Shown here in pieces: positions 7,326-16,587 of a stretch of DNA of 41,868 nucleotides. The stretch is from IMG/VR virus record IMGVR_UViG_3300045242_000062, positions 1 through 41,868 of that record; one strand, given 5' to 3'. The notes beneath the pieces are model-generated. The model did not search any database. It saw only the letters and a list, made by a program, of their open reading frames with translations, and was not told the DNA's origin. The translations under genes and the position numbers were made by a program. The DNA is from a virus. Taxonomy: Duplodnaviria > Caudoviricetes. Each line of letters begins with the position of its first letter. The first letter of the stretch is position 1.

Positions 7326-9038
7326 TCACGTCTTCGACGCGGCGAACGACCATTTGCGGTCGCTGTAATTTTGACTGGTGCTGTTCGCGGCGATCTGCCC
7401 GCGCAGCCAGGTATAGCAATCGGCGGCACCGACGCAGCCCAGCGTGGCCGCGGTCGCCAGCGCGCTCATGCAGTAGGACGCATAGGTCAGGCTGTCGGCG
7501 GCAGGGATCACCAGCGGGTCATCACACGCCATCGCATCAGGTTGCATCCGCACATTGATAGCCCAGCACTCCGCCCAATCCTGGACATAGGGCGCCTTAT
7601 CAGCCTCCCGCATGACCATGTTGTAAGGCGAGGGCTTTGCAGGCACCCATCCCGACGTGCCGCTGGTCCGCGCGATGCAGTGCTGGATTTTCCACTCCAG
7701 GATCGGCCGCCAGTCCTCATGCCCCATCTGCACCACATGCCCCAGCACCGCGGCCTCAAAGTCCTCCATCCACGGACTGATGTAACTACCGAACGGCAGC
7801 GTGCTGGAGGCCGGCGAACCATCCGCATCGGCAAGGCAGTTAAACACCGTGTAAGGGATTTCCGTGTAGGGCGCCACGGTCGGATGCACGAAGGTCGAGA
7901 GCATCCAGTCGCGCTCGCGGTCAAGCCAGTCTTTCCAATAGGTGCGCGGCAACATCCACGCGCAGCCGCTCTCGGGGGTGATCCAGGCGCAGCGCGCGAG
8001 ACCGCGCAGCTGCCAGGCGTGTGCCCTGACCGCCTTGCCGATCGAGAACATCTCGCGGCTCTGCGGCGGTGAGCTGATGATATCGTAGGTGCTGGAGAAA
8101 TGCTGCTCCTCGAGGAAATACACGTCCCCGGTCAGCAGGTAGGCGACGTAACAAAGCGCCGGCGTGTGCGCGACATCCAGCGTCACCGGTGTGGCGATCC
8201 ACGGGATGGTCGGGCCATACAAGGTGGCGTCGGAATGCGTGTTGACGTCGAAGATGCCGCCACCATCCTCGTTGCGGTAGTGCCAGGGGAAGGTGCCGCT
8301 CGCTTCGGCCTGTGCGAGCAGCGAATCGGCCGAGGCATCGCCGCGCAGATATTCCGCCTGCGCCTCGGTCACCAATCCAATCTCGTCACGCTCGCCGGTC
8401 GATGGCACGTACGCCGTCAATCCCGCCAACCCCATCGGCTCATAGACGCGCAACGGCGACAGCGGGCGCGTGGTTGACAGCGCCATATCGAAGCGCGGCA
8501 GCAGGCCGTCCGCCTGCAGCTCCTCGATCGTGATGACGAACGGGCGCGGCGACGACTGCCAGCGCCAGCGCGAATACCAGTAGTGCTCGGGGATCTCGAC
8601 CGTGGCCAGCACGTCCTCGCCCCGGTAGATCGTCGCGGTGTATGCCCCCATGTTGAACGCCGCGGTGCCCACGGTGGTGTCGCCCAATTCAAACACGACC
8701 TCCACGCGGCCGCCCTCGCGATCACAGCGAAACTGCACGGTAAACGCCGGCAATTCGCTATTCGTCACATCGAGCCGGTTCTGCACAAAGGCACCACGCT
8801 GGTCGATCCAGTCGCCGCGATCGAGACCGCCATCCGCGTGAAACCAGATCTGCGCGCCGTTGTAGTCGATGCAGACCGACAGGTCGCCCGGCGCTGGATC
8901 GGGGCCGGGGTCAGGTGGGTCAGGTGGCTCTGGCGTCACAGGCTCCAGCGTCACAACAGCCGACACGTCGAGCGGCACGAACCCGTCCAGCGTGCCGGTT
9001 ACCGTCAGCGTGATCTCGTTGGTGATGGGATCGGGCAC
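7326..9038 (-). CDS. 570-aa protein, predicted beta N-domain plus helical-barrel domain; possible carbohydrate-active enzyme
   Basis: Long high-GC3 ORF with GAGG RBS; aromatic/acidic helical motifs (HTPALCYVAYLLTGDVYFLEE, RAHAWQLRGLAR); function inferred. Confidence 0.6.
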   Translation of the reverse strand: MPDPITNEITLTVTGTLDGFVPLDVSAVVTLEPVTPEPPDPPDPGPDPAPGDLSVCIDYNGAQIWFHADGGLDRGDWIDQRGAFVQNRLDVTNSELPAFTVQFRCDREGGRVEVVFELGDTTVGTAAFNMGAYTATIYRGEDVLATVEIPEHYWYSRWRWQSSPRPFVITIEELQADGLLPRFDMALSTTRPLSPLRVYEPMGLAGLTAYVPSTGERDEIGLVTEAQAEYLRGDASADSLLAQAEASGTFPWHYRNEDGGGIFDVNTHSDATLYGPTIPWIATPVTLDVAHTPALCYVAYLLTGDVYFLEEQHFSSTYDIISSPPQSREMFSIGKAVRAHAWQLRGLARCAWITPESGCAWMLPRTYWKDWLDRERDWMLSTFVHPTVAPYTEIPYTVFNCLADADGSPASSTLPFGSYISPWMEDFEAAVLGHVVQMGHEDWRPILEWKIQHCIARTSGTSGWVPAKPSPYNMVMREADKAPYVQDWAECWAINVRMQPDAMACDDPLVIPAADSLTYASYCMSALATAATLGCVGAADCYTWLRGQIAANSTSQNYSDRKWSFAASKT

Positions 9039-9063
9039 TCGGCCACCTCAGTGCAGATTGTCA

Positions 9064-9099
9064 TTGACAAGCGACGCTATTCCGACGCACAGTCGCGTT
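9064..9099 (+). promoter_or_regulatory. Promoter of the antisense cassette, probably leaderless
   Basis: TTGACA(9064-9069)-N18-CACAGT, then ATG at 9100; CGACGC repeated in the spacer. Confidence 0.5.
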
Positions 9100-9234
9100 A
9101 TGCCAAACACACGCATCAACATCGTCGTCACCAAGCCTCAGCAGGTATGGCTGGAGCGTGAGGCCGAGCGCCTCGGCATCCGCATCGGCGAGGTTATCCG
9201 CCGCATTCTGGACGCTGTGAGGACCGGCAAATGA
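9100..9234 (+). CDS. Ribbon-helix-helix (CopG/Arc-like) regulator
   Basis: MPNTRINIVVTKPQQVWLEREAERLGIRIGEVIRRILD: alternating beta strand plus two helices. Confidence 0.75.
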   Translation: MPNTRINIVVTKPQQVWLEREAERLGIRIGEVIRRILDAVRTGK

Positions 9235-9464
9235 GCGACATCACGGTCAACGACCACGCCCCGCGCCTCGCGGTGTTGGAAGAAATCGCGCGCGGCACCA
9301 AGGCAGCGCTGGAACGGATCGAGCGGCGGCTGGACGCTATCGAGCGCAACGCCCGCTCGGATTTCCGCTGGCTGCTCGGCATTATGCTCAGTGGCTTCGG
9401 CCTGACGTTGGGCGGCTTCGTCGCCCTACTAGGCGTTATCGCGCACACCCAGCACTGGATATGA
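9231..9464 (+). CDS. Coiled-coil protein with C-terminal TM helix
   Basis: RLAVLEE...RLDAIERNARSDFRWLLGIML; ATGA coupling. Confidence 0.75.
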   Translation: MSDITVNDHAPRLAVLEEIARGTKAALERIERRLDAIERNARSDFRWLLGIMLSGFGLTLGGFVALLGVIAHTQHWI

Positions 9465-9576
9465 AACCCATCGCAGACTACGAGCCGTGGAAGCTGACGC
9501 TCACAGCGCCTTCTGTGCAGGTGCCGCGCTGGTGCTGGCGCTCGTCGGTCTGCTCTCGCTGATACTAAGACACTGA
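9461..9576 (+). pseudogene. Small TM peptide gene with apparent frameshift near 9506
   Basis: MKPIADYEPWKLTLT continues in another frame as AFCAGAALVLALVGLLSLILRH-stop; removing 2 nt of ACA-GC-GCC restores one ORF. Confidence 0.5.
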
Positions 9577-9619
9577 ACACGGCGCCGGTTCGCACTGGCG
9601 CCCCGCATTGGAGACTGAC

Positions 9620-9835
9620 ATGAGCGACGAACCGACGATCGATCTGAGCTATATCGGTCGCTCGCTGCAGCGGCTGACCACCGACGTAAGCGGGATGCGC
9701 GCCGACATGACAGTGCTGACCGCGATCGTCATGCGCCAGGACGCGACACTTACCGCCCTGCTCACCGAGGTCCGCGCCATGCACTCCCGCCACACCCACC
9801 TGGAACGCCGCGTCGAGACGCTGGAGAAGCTGTGA
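9620..9835 (+). CDS. Small coiled-coil protein
   Basis: GGAGA RBS; heptad pattern; preceded by hairpin GGCGCCGGT-TCGC-ACTGGCGCC (9581-9602). Confidence 0.75.
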   Translation: MSDEPTIDLSYIGRSLQRLTTDVSGMRADMTVLTAIVMRQDATLTALLTEVRAMHSRHTHLERRVETLEKL

Positions 9836-10005
9836 TGCTACATTTCCTAGCCACTATCGCGCTCTGCATCTTCGTCGGAGAGCGGGTGTGGCATTACTGG
9901 CGCGAGTGGCGATGGCGCATCGGTCAGCGTCGGTATGCGCGCTGGCTCAAAGATGGCATGGCAGGCGCTCCATGGAGTCCCCCGCCAAAGACGCCATATT
10001 CCTAA
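9835..10005 (+). CDS. 56-aa Trp/Arg-rich membrane peptide
   Basis: TGATG coupling; MLHFLATIALCIFVGERVWHYWREWRWRIG... Confidence 0.6.
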   Translation: MLHFLATIALCIFVGERVWHYWREWRWRIGQRRYARWLKDGMAGAPWSPPPKTPYS

Positions 10006-12014
10006 GGTGGCGGCTGCATCAACGGATTGGGCCTGACAGGATACTGCGTCACATCCGGCCTCAGTAGGCGGTTGTGCTCGGCTGTGGCTTGGTTAATTGC
10101 CCGCTGTCCAAAGTAATGATCGACAGCGCTTCTGACCGTCATGCCGGCCGCCGACGCGGCACCTGGCCCCAGAAAGTGCCCCACCACGATACCGGTGCCC
10201 ATACCCGCGAGCGTGCCAACGCTATGGGCGGCAGCACGGCGCGCCATGTCGAACAAGGTCTGAGTCGTATCGGAGCCATTCGCCCTCGCAAGCTCCTCGG
10301 CGCTCGCCGCCCTTTGCAAGTCGTCATGGATCGACTTGAGCCGCGCCATCTGCTCATCCGTCAGAGCCTTATACGGATTGAGCGGCGCCGCCGGATCACG
10401 TCCCGCGACGACATCACCCATCAGCCGACGAAACGGCATATATTTCATATGCCCGAACCCGTCGTACAGCTTCGGTTCGTACGCCTGCAGCGCCTCTCTA
10501 GCATCTATCGCTTGGCGCGCCTTAGCATAGTTGGCATTCGCTTCAGTGAAGCCCGGCGCCGCCGGCTCGATCTGCTTGGTGAGCTCATCCTTGACGCGCG
10601 TCAGCGCCGCCATCACGTCTGGCGCACCATAGCCAGGGTTCGCTAGCCGCCCCTGCTTCGACTGCATGTAGATAATCGCCCGACGGACGGCATTGGCCTG
10701 AAGTGGGCTGGTTTCCAACCCTGAGCCGTCAGACTTCTGCGCGGCGGCGACGATCTCCTGCATCGCAGCTCTTAGCGGCGGTAGCTTGCCAGCCGATCCG
10801 GTCAGTTCAGCATTCGCCGCATTGATAACCGGCTGCAGATCAACCGTCCCGCTATGAGCGTATGCCGCCTGCAGGGCCGTCTCGATCTGGTCGTTCGCCG
10901 CCTTCAGATCAGCCTGTTGGGTCGTGTCAGATCCCGCGATGTTCTGAAATTCATCCTTCCGGATGTCGCTGTGCTCGCTCAATAACGCCCGCTCGTTCTG
11001 CTCGGCCTCCGGTGACAGTCGTCGCAGCACTTTGGAATCCCGCGCCGCGTTAACCGTCTGCTCACGCTGCGCCATCGTCGGTGTAATGCCATCGAGGTAT
11101 TGAATGTCGTTGGCCTCGCCTGGCGTCACGGTCTTGTAGAACCACTGCTTATCGGCAGTAGATCCAGCGGCTGCGGCTTGCGCCGGCGTCAGCCCGGCTT
11201 GTGTCGCTGGCGTGACCTGCGCACCAGCGGCGACGGCCGGTGGCTCGGGTGGCGGCGACGGCGCGGGTTGCGGCTCCTTGGCCGCACCTGGTGGTTCAGG
11301 TGCCGGTGGCGCCGCACCTGGATCCCGCATGGTCACCTGCGCCTCAAAGCCTGGTGCCGGCGCACGACCCTCGGCATAGAGGCGTTCCCAGTACGATTGC
11401 GGCGCCGGCATGGGGATCGCTTCCGGCGGACCAGGCTGTGGTGGAGCCCTTGGCGGCGGCGCTGGCAGCAACAACTGATTCGGTGGCGGCATTGGCGGCA
11501 CGGGCTCACTGAACCGCAGCGGGCTACGCACGCCACCGAGCGCCATCGCTGCCGTCAACGCCTCCGGCGCGACGTTCATCGTGCCGGTATTAGGATCAAT
11601 CGTGGTATTCTCAGCAGGCGTCTGACCCAACGCTCGAAGCGGACCAGGAGCCAGCGCCCATCCCTCATACCAACGCGAGTTCGGATCTTTAATTACGTCC
11701 TCACGGCGCGCGATCGGCAGGATGTCGCTCTGGCGGTAGCCTGGAGTATTGCCGCCAACCACAGGAACGCCAGGCGTTTCCGCTGGCGTAAGGACCTGGC
11801 GGCCGAAGTCATCCAAGATGGGCGTTGGCTCCGGCGCAGGCTTAGTCGGCTCCGGTGGCGCTGGCGAAAACCCGAGCTTGCTTTCCCGCGTCTCAACCAC
11901 ACCGCCTGGTAGGCCGCCGACGTGCTGCTTCACCGCGCCATCGACCACCGCCGGTGGCGTTCCGTCAGGGAACTCCAGCGTCGTGCCGTCAGGCAACTGC
12001 GCCTGGATTGCCAT
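10002..12014 (-). CDS. Internal virion/DNA ejection protein
   Basis: Last of three Ala/Gln/Pro-rich genes after the tail hub (P22 gp7/gp20/gp16 synteny); N-terminal LPDGTTLEFPDGT motif. Confidence 0.7.
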   Translation of the reverse strand: MAIQAQLPDGTTLEFPDGTPPAVVDGAVKQHVGGLPGGVVETRESKLGFSPAPPEPTKPAPEPTPILDDFGRQVLTPAETPGVPVVGGNTPGYRQSDILPIARREDVIKDPNSRWYEGWALAPGPLRALGQTPAENTTIDPNTGTMNVAPEALTAAMALGGVRSPLRFSEPVPPMPPPNQLLLPAPPPRAPPQPGPPEAIPMPAPQSYWERLYAEGRAPAPGFEAQVTMRDPGAAPPAPEPPGAAKEPQPAPSPPPEPPAVAAGAQVTPATQAGLTPAQAAAAGSTADKQWFYKTVTPGEANDIQYLDGITPTMAQREQTVNAARDSKVLRRLSPEAEQNERALLSEHSDIRKDEFQNIAGSDTTQQADLKAANDQIETALQAAYAHSGTVDLQPVINAANAELTGSAGKLPPLRAAMQEIVAAAQKSDGSGLETSPLQANAVRRAIIYMQSKQGRLANPGYGAPDVMAALTRVKDELTKQIEPAAPGFTEANANYAKARQAIDAREALQAYEPKLYDGFGHMKYMPFRRLMGDVVAGRDPAAPLNPYKALTDEQMARLKSIHDDLQRAASAEELARANGSDTTQTLFDMARRAAAHSVGTLAGMGTGIVVGHFLGPGAASAAGMTVRSAVDHYFGQRAINQATAEHNRLLRPDVTQYPVRPNPLMQPPP

Positions 12015-14860
12015 CACTGCACCCGGTTGCCGGTGGCGTCGTAGCGGATCACGGTGTCGCCCGGCTTCGTAGGCGTGCCGCCGGTCACGGCCGTGGGCTG
12101 CATGGAAAAGCGCCCGCTCTTGGTATTGACCACGGCGTCCGGCTTGGCGCGCGAGACGAGTTGCAGTGCCCGGTCATATTCCGAATCGCTCAAGCCCTTT
12201 GTCCATTGTTCCGGCTTCTGCCCGGAGATCGCACCCATCGCTGCGGCATAGACCTGCGGATTGCGCTGGGTGTTCCAATCACGATCGAACTGCGCGAGCG
12301 ACCTATATTGGTGGGTCTGCGAAAACCTCTGCTCATTATCAGCGAAATGAGAAAGCGCCGCTTGCGCGTAATCTGCATTTGCCTGGTTGCTGATGAGCTG
12401 CATATCGAGGATAGATTTGTTCGTCGCGTCCTGAAGATTGACGCCTGGATTGGCGTCCTTGAACAGCTTGATGGCCTGATAACCGCCGCGCGCACCAAGC
12501 ACCGACTGCTCTTGGGTACCGGCGCCCACCAGCGCCAACTTCGCGAACGCCTGCGCGGCATCTGAGCCTGAGAGATTGGCCGACTCCTTTTCCCAGCCGG
12601 TGAGCGCCGATGGCAACCAGCGCTGCAAGAAGGCCGAGGCCGCAGTTCGCCCCTCCGTGCCCGGCCCGGTGCTGAACCGCTGCAACACGTCCTGCATTTC
12701 CTTGATACGGACCTGATCCGCCTGCGACTTACGAACAGCCGTACTGAGATCCTTGCTATCCTCAGCATCGCGTTCGTACTGCTTCTCCGCGACCTTGTAT
12801 GCCGCCGGATCGCGCTCGACCTGCTGCTGTGCCGGCGACAGACCTTGCGTAAGTGGTCGCGCGCCACCGCTACCAGCGGCACCGGGCGGTTGCGGGAACC
12901 CCTCCGGCAGCGGTCGCGACGGCACCTGCACGATCGCCTTGGAAATCGGGTCCGTGACGGTCTTGAAGTCCTGATACGCAATGGCGGCGTTGTTGTAGCG
13001 GTCGGTCTCTTCCTGTGTCGCACCGCCACCGGGCCGCATCTTCGGCGCAAGCTCCTGCAGCGTCCGATAGGCTATCGTCGCCTCTCGCGCGTTCGGCGCC
13101 AGTTCAGGATGCTGCGCTTGCCAGTACTTTAGGTTGGTCTCGGCCTGCGCGTTGCTCAATTGCCCCTGCGACACGGCGAGCTGCTGCTGTTGCATATAGT
13201 CGGAGAACGCCTTCTGGGCGAGTTGGATGTTCTGGTTCACATACGCCTGCTCGGCCGCGATGCGTTGCTGGCCGGTCAAGCGGCCGGTGGCGCCTTGCGC
13301 ATCGAGTATGGCCTGCTGGCGGGTTGTGAGGCCGTTGGCATTCAGCGGCTGCAATTGCGGCGGTGCCGGGCCGCCGGCTGGTGGTGCGGGCGGTTGTGGT
13401 GCCGACGCAGCCCCACCTGGAGCAGGTGCTGCCTGCCCTGGCGCGACGGCCGGGGGAGCCGCTGCGGCAGTCCCTGAGCCGGCCCCAGGCCCAGCCGTGT
13501 CTGTCCCACCCGTCCGCGCCGCAACGCCGCCAGCACCCCCGGGAGAAGGCGTTGTGATGGCCCTCAGAGCGGCATAGCCCTGCGGCGTCGGATGTACTCC
13601 ACCCGCGGTCATCATGCTCGGCGGCAGAGGCACGAAGTCTGCGCCATACTTCTGCGCCAACGCCTGCAACCTGGCATTGGTGCCGGGCGCCTGCGCCTCA
13701 ACGCCAGGACCGACGCCGAGCAGCTTGACGCTGGCCGCACCGCCATCCTTCGCTGCCTGGAGTTGTTCCTCGACCGCGTCGATAGCACCAGGGTTATTCG
13801 ACGCACCCGACGACAACACCACCGGCTGCCCCCGCAGTGTGCCAGCCTGGGCAGCGGCCTTGACGGCATCACGCACCGCTGCCGGCCCTGCGCCCACCAC
13901 ACCAGTCCCGCCGAGGCCGCCGGCACTGGCAAGGCTGTCGCCAAGAATGACGGGCTTTGCCGCGGCAGCTGTGGTGGTTGCGGCACCACCGCCAGGTGCG
14001 GCACCGCCCGTGCCAGGCATGTAGCGGAATACGTTGGACACGTAATTCGGATCGCCGCCAGCGTTGTAGGACCGCAGTGCAATCGCCTGCCCGCCAGGCG
14101 TGCTGAAATCAGCTCCGGCCGCCTTGCCCCGTGCCGCGAGATAATCCGCCCCGAAATTGATGTTGGTGCGGGGATCACGCAGTACGGCGGGGTTTACGCC
14201 AGTCATACCGAAGCCGGGATCAGCGGCGGTACGTGGGTGGATCTGCATGATGCCGACCTCTCCCGCGCCACCCGTCGCGCCGGGATTAAACCCTGACTCC
14301 TGCCGCGCCTGGGCGATGAGCAGATCGACCGGAATGCCGGTGCGCTGCGACGCCTCCTGAAAATACGGCATGTATTCTGGTGGCACAGTGACGTTGCCAG
14401 GGCCGCCGCCATAAGGGGGCGCCGCTGGCGCTGCTGTGCCACCTCCAGCCGCCCCACCGCCCGCCGCGGGCTGCGCCGTTGTGTTACCCGCCGCGGAAAT
14501 CGCCCTATTGGCCGCGATGTTCGCCGCCCACTCGGCCTGCGTTTGGCTCGGCGTGCCCATCCGCGCCAGCGCGTGGGCCACGTCGTCGCCCGGATATGTC
14601 TCTGGCGCATTCTTGAAGTAGCCGGGAGCCGTCTGCCGTGCGTTCGCCAGCAGCGTCGGATATGCCGCAGCACGCGCCTCTGGTGTCGGATACAGCGTAG
14701 GATCTAAAACCGTGTTCGCCAGCCGCGATGCCATCTCCATCTCGTGGCCGCTGATGTCCTGCTGCTGCTGCAGGAGTTGGTTCTGGCCCTCCTGCTGCCT
14801 CAACGCCATCATCGGGTCGAACAGCACGTTCGGAGCGCTGGAAACCTGGGTACCGGACAT
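12014..14860 (-). CDS. Ejection protein with lytic transglycosylase (SLT) and SGNH-like domains
   Basis: QARQESGFNP...GEVGIMQI...YNAG (SLT); ILGDSLA...GVHPTPQGY (SGNH). Confidence 0.85.
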   Translation of the reverse strand: MSGTQVSSAPNVLFDPMMALRQQEGQNQLLQQQQDISGHEMEMASRLANTVLDPTLYPTPEARAAAYPTLLANARQTAPGYFKNAPETYPGDDVAHALARMGTPSQTQAEWAANIAANRAISAAGNTTAQPAAGGGAAGGGTAAPAAPPYGGGPGNVTVPPEYMPYFQEASQRTGIPVDLLIAQARQESGFNPGATGGAGEVGIMQIHPRTAADPGFGMTGVNPAVLRDPRTNINFGADYLAARGKAAGADFSTPGGQAIALRSYNAGGDPNYVSNVFRYMPGTGGAAPGGGAATTTAAAAKPVILGDSLASAGGLGGTGVVGAGPAAVRDAVKAAAQAGTLRGQPVVLSSGASNNPGAIDAVEEQLQAAKDGGAASVKLLGVGPGVEAQAPGTNARLQALAQKYGADFVPLPPSMMTAGGVHPTPQGYAALRAITTPSPGGAGGVAARTGGTDTAGPGAGSGTAAAAPPAVAPGQAAPAPGGAASAPQPPAPPAGGPAPPQLQPLNANGLTTRQQAILDAQGATGRLTGQQRIAAEQAYVNQNIQLAQKAFSDYMQQQQLAVSQGQLSNAQAETNLKYWQAQHPELAPNAREATIAYRTLQELAPKMRPGGGATQEETDRYNNAAIAYQDFKTVTDPISKAIVQVPSRPLPEGFPQPPGAAGSGGARPLTQGLSPAQQQVERDPAAYKVAEKQYERDAEDSKDLSTAVRKSQADQVRIKEMQDVLQRFSTGPGTEGRTAASAFLQRWLPSALTGWEKESANLSGSDAAQAFAKLALVGAGTQEQSVLGARGGYQAIKLFKDANPGVNLQDATNKSILDMQLISNQANADYAQAALSHFADNEQRFSQTHQYRSLAQFDRDWNTQRNPQVYAAAMGAISGQKPEQWTKGLSDSEYDRALQLVSRAKPDAVVNTKSGRFSMQPTAVTGGTPTKPGDTVIRYDATGNRVQ

Positions 14861-15492
14861 CAGAACGTGCCACCGGGCGCAGTATCGGTAAAGGTGCTGG
14901 GCGCGGACGGCCCGCTAATCCAGTTCTGGAAATCCTTATTGCTCAACAGGTTGTTGGCGATACTGCCTAGGCCAGACGCCGTGTTGCCATAGATGCTGGA
15001 CTGCGCGTTGGCACCTTGTATTGCTGCGTTCCCTGCGGCATTGGCTGTGGATGCACCGCCGGCCGCCGCGTTCTCGCCGAGCGTCGAGAGACCCATCAAG
15101 CGGTTGTAGTATGTTCCGAAGTCGGAATTGGCGAGACCCTGGCCAAAGGTTTGCTCTGCTTTAAGCGCCGCCCCGCTGCGCAGCATACCACTGGCTGCCG
15201 CACCAGCATCCACCGCACGAAGGCCCTCGCCCATCTGCCAAGTGTAACCGGGGCTAGTCTGATAGTTGGCCATGGCAGCCGATGCTGCATCAGGCCCATT
15301 CAAGCCAAGAAGGTCAGTTTGAGCATTAAGAGGCGCAAGCCCGGCAGTCCGGTACGGCGCCAGGTCAGCGCGTTGCTGCTCAAACTGTTTTTGAGCTTGC
15401 GCTTGACCGGCTTTCGCCGCCCCAGATTGCATAAGGCCGCCGGCAATCGTGCCAACAGCGCCAATCCCTGCCGCAGCTACCGCGAAGGGCAT
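14860..15492 (-). CDS. DNA transfer/pilot protein (P22 gp7-like)
   Basis: Hydrophobic Gly/Ala N-terminus; LAPYRTAG, SPGYTWQMGEG, GMLRSGAALKA. Confidence 0.75.
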   Translation of the reverse strand: MPFAVAAAGIGAVGTIAGGLMQSGAAKAGQAQAQKQFEQQRADLAPYRTAGLAPLNAQTDLLGLNGPDAASAAMANYQTSPGYTWQMGEGLRAVDAGAAASGMLRSGAALKAEQTFGQGLANSDFGTYYNRLMGLSTLGENAAAGGASTANAAGNAAIQGANAQSSIYGNTASGLGSIANNLLSNKDFQNWISGPSAPSTFTDTAPGGTF

Positions 15493-15494
15493 AG

Positions 15495-15839
15495 TTAGTC
15501 CTCCAACTCAATGTGAGCATACTGCGACACCGCAGGCTCATCGCCGTCGATGTGATCGGCGTTGTGCACACAGGCCAGCGCTACGTCGTTGGTCAGCGTC
15601 AGGAACGTGTGCAGTTCGTTCGCCGGAATGCGAATCACCGCCGGCGCGCGGTAGTCGCCGATCATCTCCTCGCCGCGCCACGCTCGCACCGAGCCGCGCA
15701 TGAGCAGCGTCAGATGCGGAAATGCGTGTGCGTGCTGCGGCAGCAGCGTGCCGGCATCGGCCACGCTCCAGAGCTTAACGAACACACCGGCATAGAGAAC
15801 GAGTTCCACCTGTTCCGGCTGATGCTCTGCGCGTTTCAT
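15495..15839 (-). CDS. Cupin-fold protein
   Basis: PQHAHAFPHLTLLMRGSV...IPANELHTF metal-binding His pattern. Confidence 0.8.
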   Translation of the reverse strand: MKRAEHQPEQVELVLYAGVFVKLWSVADAGTLLPQHAHAFPHLTLLMRGSVRAWRGEEMIGDYRAPAVIRIPANELHTFLTLTNDVALACVHNADHIDGDEPAVSQYAHIELED

Positions 15840-16378
15840 TCGCACCTCATCGACACGATGACTACGATCCTGTCGCAGTCACCGACATTCTCGACCGAAT
15901 GCTGCATTAGGTTATCGAACGTCCAGGTCGAGCATGTCGTGAACGTGGCCACCTCGTCGGCACAGCGCACCAGAGCGGTCCCCGCCAGCGTGAGGTGGCA
16001 CTTCATATTGTAGAACTCCGGCGCCCAGTTCCCTGCATCACTGTGCGGCTCGATCATCTTGCCAGGCGGCAGCTTGGTGATGAGAATCGACCCCAGTTCC
16101 ACCGCGCACACCCGCGACATCAGCGCGAACACCAGTGGCCGCAACGACGGCAGTTCCTGCCAGGCGGGCCAGAACACGTTGCGGTGCTCCAGCCGCCGCG
16201 CCTCCATCGTGACCTGCGCCTCGGGCATATAACGCACGGTGATGTCGGTCATCGCCGCATGGGGCGTGCCTGGATACAGCCGCCGCTCCGGATTACGGTC
16301 CCAGAGGTGACTAGCGCGGTTCAGCTCCAACAGCACCGGCACCACGTCCACCCGATCAGCGAGTTGTACGAACCGCAT
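15836..16378 (-). CDS. Asp/Asn beta-hydroxylase-family 2OG-Fe(II) oxygenase
   Basis: ILITKLPPGKMIEPHSD (HxD), WTFDNLMQHSVEN (distal His), DRIVVIV (2OG Arg). Confidence 0.85.
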   Translation of the reverse strand: MRFVQLADRVDVVPVLLELNRASHLWDRNPERRLYPGTPHAAMTDITVRYMPEAQVTMEARRLEHRNVFWPAWQELPSLRPLVFALMSRVCAVELGSILITKLPPGKMIEPHSDAGNWAPEFYNMKCHLTLAGTALVRCADEVATFTTCSTWTFDNLMQHSVENVGDCDRIVVIVSMRCE

Positions 16379-16430
16379 CACCCCTCCGGGGAAGGGCGCC
16401 AGCCGCCCGCAGGCAGACTGGCGCCCGACC

Positions 16431-16514
16431 CTACCTGCGGCGTATACTGATCGCGATCTTGACGCTGATCGCGACCCGCACCAATATCCGAGGCAGGAGC
16501 TTGAGCTGCTTCAT
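16431..16514 (-). CDS. 27-aa basic peptide MKQLKLLPRILVRVAISVKIAISIRRR in a structured region
   Basis: GAGGAGGGAG upstream of ATG 16514; flanking hairpins. Confidence 0.55.
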   Translation of the reverse strand: MKQLKLLPRILVRVAISVKIAISIRRR

Positions 16515-16587
16515 CAGCTCTCCCTCCTCGGGTTCGGCGGCTGGACCACCCAGCCGCCGTTCCCACATCTAGCACATCGTTGCGCAT

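Noticed and set aside
16378-16587. 69-aa minus-strand ORF spanning the gap; also a hammerhead ribozyme suggested by CUGAUGA
   Set aside because: The ORF has no RBS or motif while the nested 27-aa ORF has a strong RBS; no GAAA core follows CUGAUGA
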